Source of the DNA: Acidobacteriota bacterium
GTDB lineage: Bacteria > Acidobacteriota > UBA4820 > DSQY01
NCBI GenBank assembly: GCA_037443845.1
Contig: JBBINO010000002.1
Span: forward strand, 26,468 to 90,439
Length of the DNA stretch: 63,972 bases
Direction: 5' to 3'
Under the pieces are notes generated by a model. The model saw only the letters and a list, made by a program, of their open reading frames with translations, was not told the origin of the DNA and did not search any database. Shown here piece by piece: positions 9,223 to 17,072 of this stretch. Both the position numbers and the translations under genes were made by a program. Each line of letters starts with the position of its first letter. The first letter of the stretch is position 1.

Positions 9223-10281
9223 CTATTCCCCCATCTTTCGAAGGGCCAGGCCCACGGCGACGGCAAAACTCGGGGCCAGGCGGTTAATGGTGTCGACCGG
9301 GAACTCCCGCTCTGAAACCGTTATATTCTGGAACGGGTTCATGATTTCCACTGGAATCCCGAAGAACTGCGAGAGGTAACGGTCGAGGTTAGGGACTTTG
9401 GTCCCTCCGCCGGACAGAATGACTTTGTGGATGGTGTTCTCGCCGGTAGTCACCCTGAAAAAGTCAATGGTCTTCTTCAGTTCGGCGCCAAACTCCTCGG
9501 TCACGGCATTCAGAATGGGTACCGCCTGCTCGGCGCGGACGCCTTCCGATCCTTCGCCCTTCTTGATCGCTTCCGCCTGGTCGAAGGTCAGGCTCATCTC
9601 GCGCTGCAGGGTATCGGTGTAGTTGTTTCCACCGGCTTGAATGTCGCGCCAGAAGAGAGGCGTCGTCCCCTTCATGACGCTGAGGTTCGTCGTGCTGGCG
9701 CCCACGTTGACGAGCACGGTAACCTCGTTGCCATTGATGGGATAGTTGTTTTCGTAAGCGTTCTGGACGCAGAAGGAGTCAATGTCAATCGCCGAGGCGT
9801 TAAGCCCGGCCTGCCCCAGGATGGAGGAATACTCGCCGATCAGATCCCGCTTGGCGGCCACCAGGAGGACGTTAAGATTGCCCGTGGCGGGATCACTGTC
9901 CAGGACCTGGTGGTCAATCTTGACCTCCTCCAGGTCGAAGGGGATGTACTGGCCCGCCTCCCACTGGATGGCCTCGGCAAGCTCCGCCTCGCTCATGGCG
10001 GTCATCGTGATCCGCTTCGTGATCACGGAGTTGCCATCCACGGAGGTCGCGGCATTGAAGTTCTTGACCCCTCCCTCCCTTACGAGCTTCTGGATGGCGG
10101 CTATGACGGCGCCGGAGTCCATCACGGTCCCGCCGACCACGGCTTCAGGGGGAAGCGGCTCTATGCCGAACGCCTCCAGCTTGAAACCCTTGCCCTTGCC
10201 TAGATCCTTGAGCTCCACCATCTTGACGGCGGAAGACCCAATGTCCAGTCCCAACAGGTTCTTGCTTTTTGAGAAGAACAC
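9223..10281 (-). CDS. pilM: PilM (actin-like ATPase of the T4P alignment complex)
   Basis: LGLDIGSSAVKMVEL..., VNVGASTTNLSV and ILSGGGTKVPNLDRYL are actin/FtsA-fold phosphate motifs. The start is GTG with a GGAAGGGGAG RBS. Confidence 0.92.
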   Translation of the reverse strand: MFFSKSKNLLGLDIGSSAVKMVELKDLGKGKGFKLEAFGIEPLPPEAVVGGTVMDSGAVIAAIQKLVREGGVKNFNAATSVDGNSVITKRITMTAMSEAELAEAIQWEAGQYIPFDLEEVKIDHQVLDSDPATGNLNVLLVAAKRDLIGEYSSILGQAGLNASAIDIDSFCVQNAYENNYPINGNEVTVLVNVGASTTNLSVMKGTTPLFWRDIQAGGNNYTDTLQREMSLTFDQAEAIKKGEGSEGVRAEQAVPILNAVTEEFGAELKKTIDFFRVTTGENTIHKVILSGGGTKVPNLDRYLSQFFGIPVEIMNPFQNITVSEREFPVDTINRLAPSFAVAVGLALRKMGE

Positions 10282-10337
10282 CGTAGGCTCCCCTTCCTAA
10301 GGCGTCTAAGCGCCCCCGAAAACTAATCCACTACTTT

Positions 10338-10366
10338 AAGATATCCCTCTTAAAGCCAAAAGTCAA
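10338..10366 (-). promoter_or_regulatory. candidate sigma70-type promoter for the pil operon
   Basis: On the minus strand I read TTGACT (10366-10361), a 17-nt spacer, then TATCTT (10343-10338). This lies about 55 nt upstream of the pilM GTG. It is a pattern match only. Confidence 0.35.
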
Positions 10367-10521
10367 GTGCAAAAACAAGCTACCCCTTTCCAAGCCGCTT
10401 ACCTCCCGCTCCACGCTACAGTGGCAGCTGCCCTGAAACTCCCGCCGGTAAAGCATTACAGCTATCGGAGCCGGCTCTGATTGAGCCTTTTGCGCAGCCG
10501 GCGCCGGACCCTCTGGAAGTA

Positions 10522-12024
10522 GTGTACCCCACTTCCGGGGAGGCTTGTCAATGCCCCCCCCGAAGTGGTACCTTTATCACCTCGCCGCAAACGGCGGTGA
10601 CACCCCCGGAGGCCCCTTTGGCGCACCAGGAACCTTACCACGCCCCGCAAGCGCCTTCGCGTCACATTGACGACCTGCTCGCCAAAGAAGGGTTGCCGGC
10701 GAACTTGGAAGCGGAACGCGGGCTATTGGGCGCTATCCTTCTCAACAACGCCCTCCTTGATGAAGTGGGACCGGCCCTCCACGAAGATGATTTCGCCTTC
10801 CCGGCCCACAAGAGGATCTTCAGGGCGCTCGGCGACCTGCGCCAGAAGCAGCAGGCGATGGACCTGGTGACCGTCACCGACGCGCTCCGGCAGAGAGGCG
10901 AACTTGAAGCCGTTGGCGGCGCCGGCAAGCTTGCCGAGCTGATCGAGGGGGTGCCCCTCCTCGAGTCGGGGGAGCACTACAGCAGAATCATCAGGGACAA
11001 GGCGATTCTCCGGAGGCTCATCCAGCAGGCATCAACGATCATCTCCAACGCCTACGCCTCGCCGGGCGACGCCGAGGGCGTCCTTGCTCAAGCCGAGCAG
11101 GCCATCCTTGACGTCGGCGAAAGAATGGTCACGCGCAGTCTTGTCAGCCTGAAAGACTTCGCGCCCCAGGCGATGGAGACTCTGCTCGCCCTCAGCAAGA
11201 GGGACGAGCACGTGACCGGCGTCTCCACCGGCTTCGGCCAGCTCGACAACCTGACGTCCGGCTTCCAGAAGTCCGACCTTATAATCGTCGCCGCGCGCCC
11301 ATCCGTCGGCAAAACCGCTTTCGCGCTGAGCCTCGCGATTAACGCCGCGCACGCCGGCCATTCGGTGGCGCTATTCAGCCTCGAGATGAGCGCCGAGCAG
11401 CTCTTCTTCAGGCTGCTGAGCATGGACAGCCACGTCGAGCTGAGGAGGATCAGAACCGGCCGAATACCGAAGGAGAGACAGACGGAAGTCTCGAAATCGC
11501 TCGTGCGGCTGGAGCGCCTGCCCATATATATAGATGACAGCCCGCTTTTGAACCTGCTTGAAATGGGCGCCAAGCTGAGGCGCCTTAAAGCCTCCAAGGG
11601 GCTTGACGTGGTGATAGTGGACTACCTCCAGCTCATGCGCGGCGCCGGCAAATTCGAGAACAGGAACCAGGAGGTCTCCTCGATTTCGCGCGGGCTGAAG
11701 GCCCTGGCGAAGGAGCTGAAAGTTCCGCTCATAGCGCTCTCCCAGCTTTCGCGCGCTCCCGAGAAAAGGGGCGAGGGAAAAGAGCCAATACTCTCCGACC
11801 TTCGCGACTCGGGCTCTATCGAACAGGACGCCGACCTCGTGATGTTCCTGCACAGGAATACAAACCCCAGGGCCGAGGAATCCGAATCCAGGGGACGCGC
11901 CAAGCTGATAGTGGCGAAGCAGCGCAACGGCCCGACCGATACGGTCACCCTCACCTTCCTTGAAGAAGAGGTCCAGTTCGCCAATTACACTCCCGGCTTC
12001 GGCGAGGGCGAAGCGGATGGCTGA
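10522..12024 (+). CDS. dnaB: replicative DNA helicase DnaB
   Basis: NLEAERGLLGAILL, Walker A (AARPSVGKTAFAL), Walker B (VVIVDYLQLM), SRGLKALAKELKVPLIALSQLSR and IVAKQRNGPT are DnaB blocks. The true start is uncertain. The longest ORF starts at GTG 10522, but GGAGG-N7-TTG at 10618 would give a more typical N-terminus. Confidence 0.93.
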   Translation: MYPTSGEACQCPPRSGTFITSPQTAVTPPEAPLAHQEPYHAPQAPSRHIDDLLAKEGLPANLEAERGLLGAILLNNALLDEVGPALHEDDFAFPAHKRIFRALGDLRQKQQAMDLVTVTDALRQRGELEAVGGAGKLAELIEGVPLLESGEHYSRIIRDKAILRRLIQQASTIISNAYASPGDAEGVLAQAEQAILDVGERMVTRSLVSLKDFAPQAMETLLALSKRDEHVTGVSTGFGQLDNLTSGFQKSDLIIVAARPSVGKTAFALSLAINAAHAGHSVALFSLEMSAEQLFFRLLSMDSHVELRRIRTGRIPKERQTEVSKSLVRLERLPIYIDDSPLLNLLEMGAKLRRLKASKGLDVVIVDYLQLMRGAGKFENRNQEVSSISRGLKALAKELKVPLIALSQLSRAPEKRGEGKEPILSDLRDSGSIEQDADLVMFLHRNTNPRAEESESRGRAKLIVAKQRNGPTDTVTLTFLEEEVQFANYTPGFGEGEADG

Positions 12025-13159
12025 CCCTCAAATCAAGACTCGTCCCACCGTCCTTGAAGTCAATCTGGACGCGATCTGCAGGAACGCCGAGAAGCTGAAA
12101 CGCCACGCCGCGGGAGCCTCCCTTCTGGCCGTCGTCAAAGCGGACGCGTACGGCCACGGCGCCGTGAAAGTCGCCTCGGCCCTGGAACGCTCGTCCCTGG
12201 CGGAGTGGTTCGGCGTGGCGTTGCTGGAGGAAGCGGCCACACTGAGAGAGGCCGGCATCAAGAGCCCGATCCTTATGCTCGGCCCGCTGCACCCCTCGCA
12301 AGCCGAGGCGGCCCTCCGCCAGAGGCTCACGCCGGCGATCTACAACCTGGAGATACTGGAAGCCGTCGCGCGAGCTTCGAAGGGAAAGCCAACCTCCATC
12401 CACCTGAAAGTTGACAGCGGCATGGGGAGGCTCGGCTTCAGGCCGGACGAACTGCCCGCCGCGCTCGAAGCCTTGCGATCGAGCCCGTGGCTCAAGGTCG
12501 AGGGCATTTTCTCGAACCTCGCCAGCGCGGACGATCCGGGCTCGCCTCAAACCGCGTCCCAAATCGCCTCGTTCAAGCAGATGCTTTCCCTGGTGCGCGC
12601 CTATGGCCACGACCCCGAGTGGATTGACCTCGCGAATTCCTCCGGGCTCCTCGCCCATCCGGAAAGCAGGTTCAAGATGGTCCGTCCCGGCCTGACGCTT
12701 TATGGCCTCCGGCCGTCCACGAAGCTACCGGACATCTCCCTGGAGAAAGCCGCCACGTTCAAGACCATCGTCATCCAGGTGAAGAACCTGCCGGCCGGCG
12801 TCCCGGTAGGCTACGGCGCCTCTTACGTCACTCCGAAGCCGCAGAAGATAGGCATTCTCCCCGTAGGATACGCCGACGGCCTGCCAAGGTGCGCCGGGAA
12901 CGGGCGCGGCCACGTTCTCGTGCGCGGCAAGCGCTGCGCGCTTCTTGGAAGGATCAGCATGGACCTCTGCGCCATTGACCTCGGCCCGGCGGAAGACGCG
13001 GCCTATGGCGAGCCGGTCATCCTGTGGGGCAGGGACGGCGACGAAAGCCTTACCCCCGCGGATTGGGCCGACTGGTCGGGGACTATACCGTACGAAATCA
13101 CGACGCACGTCAATACCCGCGTCACCAGGCGTTACCTCCTCGGCGGCCAGTGGATATGA
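12017..13159 (+). CDS. alr: alanine racemase
   Basis: AVVKADAYGHG is the PLP-Lys motif. The C-terminal barrel contains VGYGASY and GRISMDL. The ATG at 12017 overlaps the dnaB stop (ATGGCTGA). Confidence 0.92.
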   Translation: MADPQIKTRPTVLEVNLDAICRNAEKLKRHAAGASLLAVVKADAYGHGAVKVASALERSSLAEWFGVALLEEAATLREAGIKSPILMLGPLHPSQAEAALRQRLTPAIYNLEILEAVARASKGKPTSIHLKVDSGMGRLGFRPDELPAALEALRSSPWLKVEGIFSNLASADDPGSPQTASQIASFKQMLSLVRAYGHDPEWIDLANSSGLLAHPESRFKMVRPGLTLYGLRPSTKLPDISLEKAATFKTIVIQVKNLPAGVPVGYGASYVTPKPQKIGILPVGYADGLPRCAGNGRGHVLVRGKRCALLGRISMDLCAIDLGPAEDAAYGEPVILWGRDGDESLTPADWADWSGTIPYEITTHVNTRVTRRYLLGGQWI

Positions 13160-13329
13160 CGCGGTAGGAAACGGGCCACTGCTGCCGTGCCTTGCCGTGG
13201 CGGGGAATCCTCCAACGGATGGAACCAAGCTGTTTTGTCCGAAGCGCGCGGATGGCCGCCGGGCCAAGCCCGCCTTCCGCTGGCTCTCAAGAGTTCGCTG
13301 GCTTATACTATGGGCGTGGGAGGTCGGCC

Positions 13330-14607
13330 ATGGAATTGTCGCGCCGCAGTTTTTTCGCGCTTGTGATCGCCGCCGTGCTTGCCATTCTCGCCGCGGTTGG
13401 AACGCTGGCGGCCCCGGCCGCCGTCCTGGTTGACACCTCCAGATCGGTCCCCAAGGCCCGTTTCGAGGAAGCGAAGAAGGCACTGTCGGAGATGATGCCA
13501 GCGTTGGCGGCGCAAGGGCCGGTCTGCCTTTACGCCTTCAACGACTCCCCGGTGAAGGTGACCGATTTCACGACCGACGCCTCCGAGCTTCAGGCCGGCA
13601 TATCCAGGCTGGAACAGGGGGGCGACTACACCCTCCTCTACGACTGCGTTTTTTTCGCCGTGAAAGCGCTGGCCGAAAAGAAGGAGCCCGGCGTCATCCT
13701 CCTCGTGACCGACGGGAAGGACGAGAATTCGGCCGTGACGCTGGAGGACGCAGCGTCTCGCGCCGTCGAGGCCCACGTGGGCATAGTCACCGCCGGGCTT
13801 GGCTCGTCGCTGGACCTCAAGGCCCTGAGGCGGCTTGCCACTTTGACGGGAGGCCAGTACGCCGGTGAGATCCCCGGCGCCGATTTGCGCCAGCCCTTCG
13901 CCCAAACCGCCTCGTCGCTGGTGCCGTTCCCGCCTCCGCCCGCGCCGCCAAAGCCCGCGCCGGTTCAACCCCCGGTCCAGCAGCCCAAGCCGCAGGCGGG
14001 CAACATGACGGCGATCCTTCTGGTCATCTTGGCCGTCCTCGTCGTCGGGCTGGCGGTCCTGGCGGCGATCATCCTAAGAAGGACCAAGAAGCCCGAGGAG
14101 CGCGCCTGCGAGGAGTGCGGCCACCTCCTCAACATCTGGGAAACGGAGTGTCCCGTATGCCTGGCGAAGAAGCTCGCGATAACCAACCCGGGCGTGTCGC
14201 CGCAGACGCCGGCGGCCCCTCCGCTTCCCGACATTGACCCGGCGCTGATGAAGAAGGCCCCTCCGAGCGAGCTTCTGGACCACACGATGGTGCTGGACGA
14301 GATTCCAGTTCTGGTGCTGAAGAGGCCCGGCGGCCCGCCACGCGTGTTTCAGCTTCCTCCTAACCAAGTCGTCTCTGTGGGAAGGGATAAGGTCAACACG
14401 ATCCAGGTCGCCGACCAGACACTATCGGGACAGCACTTCAGGGTCATTCCGAAGGAGGGCACCTACTACGTCGCCGACCTCCAGTCCACGAACGGCACCT
14501 TCCTGAACGGCGAGAGGGTCACCCTCAAGGAGCTCAAGCCCGGCAGCGTCATCCACGTCGGCCAGTGCGAGTTCACATTCCGCCTCGAACAGAAGAGGCT
14601 CAACTAG
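13330..14607 (+). CDS. membrane protein: extracytoplasmic VWA domain, TM, CxxC..CxxC zinc ribbon, C-terminal FHA domain
   Basis: The VWA MIDAS-like start is VLVDTSRSV, followed by LLVTDGKDENS. A Pro-rich linker leads to a TM segment (ILLVILAVLVVGLAVLAAIIL). The zinc ribbon is CEECGHLLNIWETECPVC. The FHA motif is VGRDKVNTIQVADQTLSGQHFRVI...ADLQSTNGTFLNGERV. The start was chosen at ATG 13330 after GGGAGG. Confidence 0.75.
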   Translation: MELSRRSFFALVIAAVLAILAAVGTLAAPAAVLVDTSRSVPKARFEEAKKALSEMMPALAAQGPVCLYAFNDSPVKVTDFTTDASELQAGISRLEQGGDYTLLYDCVFFAVKALAEKKEPGVILLVTDGKDENSAVTLEDAASRAVEAHVGIVTAGLGSSLDLKALRRLATLTGGQYAGEIPGADLRQPFAQTASSLVPFPPPPAPPKPAPVQPPVQQPKPQAGNMTAILLVILAVLVVGLAVLAAIILRRTKKPEERACEECGHLLNIWETECPVCLAKKLAITNPGVSPQTPAAPPLPDIDPALMKKAPPSELLDHTMVLDEIPVLVLKRPGGPPRVFQLPPNQVVSVGRDKVNTIQVADQTLSGQHFRVIPKEGTYYVADLQSTNGTFLNGERVTLKELKPGSVIHVGQCEFTFRLEQKRLN

Positions 14608-14617
14608 CGACGCATAA

Positions 14618-14940
14618 GTCGTGAGCAGTGAGACGTGGGACGTGAGCAGTGAGACGTGAAGGATGCAAGAGAGGCGCGGCGCGAAAAGAATGCTCACCAC
14701 GAAGTCCACAAAGGGCACAAAGGGAAAGATTGAACCACCGAGGCGCCGAGGCACGGAGGGAGGATTATGGTTGCGTCACATGCGCGAAGGTCACGGAGGA
14801 AAGGAAGTGTTTGGTGTTTAGTGTCTGGTGTTTTGTCGGCCCGTCGTTGGCTTGCGCCGCCCGTAGTTCGCGTGGTAGGCGGGCAACAGAGGCGAGGCGG
14901 GTTTTGAGTTATGAGTGAGGAGTTTTGAGTTTTGGGTTGG
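14618..14940 (+). repeat. mosaic of short strand-asymmetric (C-depleted) word repeats in a 557-bp noncoding gap
   Basis: GTGAGCAGTGAGACGTG occurs twice at a 21-bp period (14621 and 14642). Further word modules are CCACGAAGTCCACAAAGGGCACAAAGGG, CCACCGAGGCGCCGAGGCACGGAGGGAGG, TGTTTGGTGTTTAGTGTCTGGTGTTTTG and GTTTTGAGTTATGAGTGAGGAGTTTTGAGTTTTGGGTTGGGGG. A GC box at 14665-14688 is shared with 62825-62848. Confidence 0.6.
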
Positions 14941-15164
14941 GGGAAACTGACGCGGCGCAGCGACAGGCGCCTTCTGGTTCCGGAGAACCCTCCTACAGAC
15001 GATCCATTTGCAAAAACCACGGGCCGCCGTTGTAGGAGGCGTCTCCAGACGCCGATGCGCTGGGAGTGAGCGGCGAAGTTCGCAATTCAAAATTGGGCCG
15101 CGCCTCGGTGTCTCCGTGGTTCACACTCTTTTCTTTGGTGGCCTGGATGAATCGGATCGGCGCT

Positions 15165-16001
15165 TCACCCGCCCCAGTCGCGCGGATAGCGGAAGTCAAT
15201 GCCGACGGTGCGCTGGGAGAGCTTCGCGATGATCGGGAGGCGGCGCTTGTACTGGCTGCGCTCGACGCGCTTGATGATCTCCTTGACCTTCTCAACCGAG
15301 AAGCCAAGCGCGGCGACCTCCTCGACGGTGTAACGCTCGTCAACGAGGAGATAGAGGACGGCATCGGCCTCGGCGTATGTCAGCCCCATCTCGCCCTCGT
15401 CGGTTTGCCCCGGCCATAGGTCCGCGGAGGGTGGCTTGTTAATGATCTCCTCCGGGAGGTTCAGGTAGCGCGCCATCTGCCACACCTGCGCCTTGTAGAG
15501 GTCGCCTATGGGATTGAGCGATGAAGCCATGTCGCCGTACCACGTGCCGTAGCCAAGAAGCAGCTCTGTCTTGTTGCTGGTCCCGAGCACCAGGGAGCGG
15601 CGCTGCATCGAAAGATCAAATAGCACGGCCATGCGGACGCGCGCCATGAAGTTGCCGCGCCTCAGGTGCGTCGCCTTCTGGTCCGGCTTGAAGTAGCTTT
15701 CCACCATCGGGGTGATATCAACCCGCTCCAACGGAAGGCCGAAGAGCGAGGCCATTTTCATGGCGTCGCCGGCCGAGGATGGGTTGCTCTTCTCGTGAGG
15801 CATGGCGGCGCAGAAGACTTTTTTCACCCCAACGGCTTTCGCCGCGAGCGCCGCTGCGACGGCCGAATCAACGCCTCCAGACAGCCCGACGACGAACCCG
15901 TCAAGGCCGGTCTTCTCCAGTTCCTCCTGCAAGAACCGCGAAATCATCGTAAGCGCGACGCCGGTGTTCACGAGCGGCGGATATCCCTTGGTTTCGCTCA
16001 T
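15165..16001 (-). CDS. nadE: NAD+ synthetase (NadE, synthetase/ATP-pyrophosphatase module)
   Basis: GFVVGLSGGVDSAVAAAL is the SGGxDS PP-loop. Other blocks are LVLGTSNKTELLLGYGTWYGD and NPIGDLYKAQV. The start was set at ATG 16001 (MSETKG). The longer track ORF to 16319 only adds an Arg/Gly-rich read-through into the upstream gene. Confidence 0.9.
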   Translation of the reverse strand: MSETKGYPPLVNTGVALTMISRFLQEELEKTGLDGFVVGLSGGVDSAVAAALAAKAVGVKKVFCAAMPHEKSNPSSAGDAMKMASLFGLPLERVDITPMVESYFKPDQKATHLRRGNFMARVRMAVLFDLSMQRRSLVLGTSNKTELLLGYGTWYGDMASSLNPIGDLYKAQVWQMARYLNLPEEIINKPPSADLWPGQTDEGEMGLTYAEADAVLYLLVDERYTVEEVAALGFSVEKVKEIIKRVERSQYKRRLPIIAKLSQRTVGIDFRYPRDWGG

Positions 16002-16858
16002 GGCTTTTCTCCCGCCATCCGGGCCAGATGCTCCAATATGAGGTGTGGTTTTTCGTCCCTCAGAAGCGGCGTTAGCGTTCTCGCCCTGCGCAGGGCCGAG
16101 TATGGCGTCTCGACCAGATAGACCGCCTCCGTGTTTTCGGCGCCGTCCAGAAGCAGGTTGCCGAACGGGTCGGCGACGTAGGAACCGCCCGCGAAAGCCA
16201 AACCGTCCTCGTATCCAACCCTGTTGACGTAAACCCAGTAGGTCGTCAAAAACTGGCTCAGCACCTGTCCAGCTCTCTCCCACGTCTGCACCGAAGCGAC
16301 CGGGCCGCCTCCGGCCCATCCGCGCCCGGGGCTTCCCGACAGGACCAACAGGACGCGCGCCCCTTGCAGCGATAGCAAGTACGACGACGAGAGATGCCAG
16401 GCGTCCTCGCAGATAAGAATGCCTATCTTCCCGAAGCGGGTCGAGACGACGTCAAACCTGTTGCCGGGGGCGAAGTAGCGCCCCTCGTCGAACATCCCGT
16501 ACGTCGGGAGGTAGACCTTGCGGTGGACGTGGCGCACCTCCCCGCCCGAAAGGTAGACCGCCGAGTTGTAGAAGAGGAAGTCGTTGCTCTGCTCCACCAG
16601 GCCGACCACGATGTCGCGCTCCCTGCTCTCGTTCAAAAGCGGCGCAAGGCACGGGTGATTTCGCACCGGCGCTCCGACTTCGGCCACGAGGTCCTGCAAG
16701 AGGTATCCGGTCAGAGACAATTCCGGAAAGACGACGATGTCCGCCTTTCGGGCCTCGGGCTTCGCAAGCCACTCTAGGTGGGCTTCGAGGTTTCTCTCCA
16801 CGTTCCCCAGCGCCGGCGCCATCTGTACCAAAGCTATTTTCGGAGCCTCTTCCATCAT
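15998..16858 (-). CDS. carbon-nitrogen hydrolase (nitrilase superfamily), probable glutaminase partner of NadE
   Basis: IALVQMAP...ADIVVFPELSLTGY holds the catalytic Glu. GILICEDAWH holds the catalytic Cys. The stop overlaps the nadE start as ATGA. An AAGGAGG RBS sits directly before the ATGATG at 16858/16855. Confidence 0.85.
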   Translation of the reverse strand: MMEEAPKIALVQMAPALGNVERNLEAHLEWLAKPEARKADIVVFPELSLTGYLLQDLVAEVGAPVRNHPCLAPLLNESRERDIVVGLVEQSNDFLFYNSAVYLSGGEVRHVHRKVYLPTYGMFDEGRYFAPGNRFDVVSTRFGKIGILICEDAWHLSSSYLLSLQGARVLLVLSGSPGRGWAGGGPVASVQTWERAGQVLSQFLTTYWVYVNRVGYEDGLAFAGGSYVADPFGNLLLDGAENTEAVYLVETPYSALRRARTLTPLLRDEKPHLILEHLARMAGEKP

Positions 16859-16973
16859 GCCTCCTTGAAGGAATATACCACCATGAGAAGGTGAGGCCAA
16901 GGCCTCGGCCTGGAGACGATTGGCCACAGCCGCCGGTGAAGCGTGTTGGCGGCAAGCCGTCAGGACCGCCAGC

Positions 16974-17005
16974 AAAAAAAAGCGGCCCGGGTCGCCCCGG
17001 GCCGC
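16974..17005 (-). terminator. rho-independent terminator downstream of gdhA
   Basis: On the minus strand I read GCGGCCCGG-loop-CCGGGCCGC (a 9-bp stem) followed by T8 (the plus-strand A-run at 16974-16981). It lies about 70 nt after the gdhA stop. Confidence 0.7.
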
Positions 17006-17072
17006 AATGCTTTCAATCCAAATATTTCAGCGGAGCCTGCCTTCTCAGGGCCACAGGCGCCGCTTTATCTCG

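Noticed and set aside
14989-15053. An inverted repeat CCTCCTACA-N32-TGTAGGAGG plus the hairpin GGCGTCT-CC-AGACGCC, which share the GTAGGAG core with the islet array.
   Set aside because: A given 7-mer is expected several times by chance in 2 x 64 kb. There is no 21-bp phasing here. The link to the islet array is therefore not supportable, although the local inverted repeat itself is real.
15165-16319. A longer version of the nadE ORF (384 aa), and a longer version of the lptE ORF (26482..27486, 334 aa).
   Set aside because: The N-terminal extensions are Arg/Gly-rich and read through the upstream gene (the C-N hydrolase and leuS respectively). The internal starts give proteins that begin exactly where family similarity begins.
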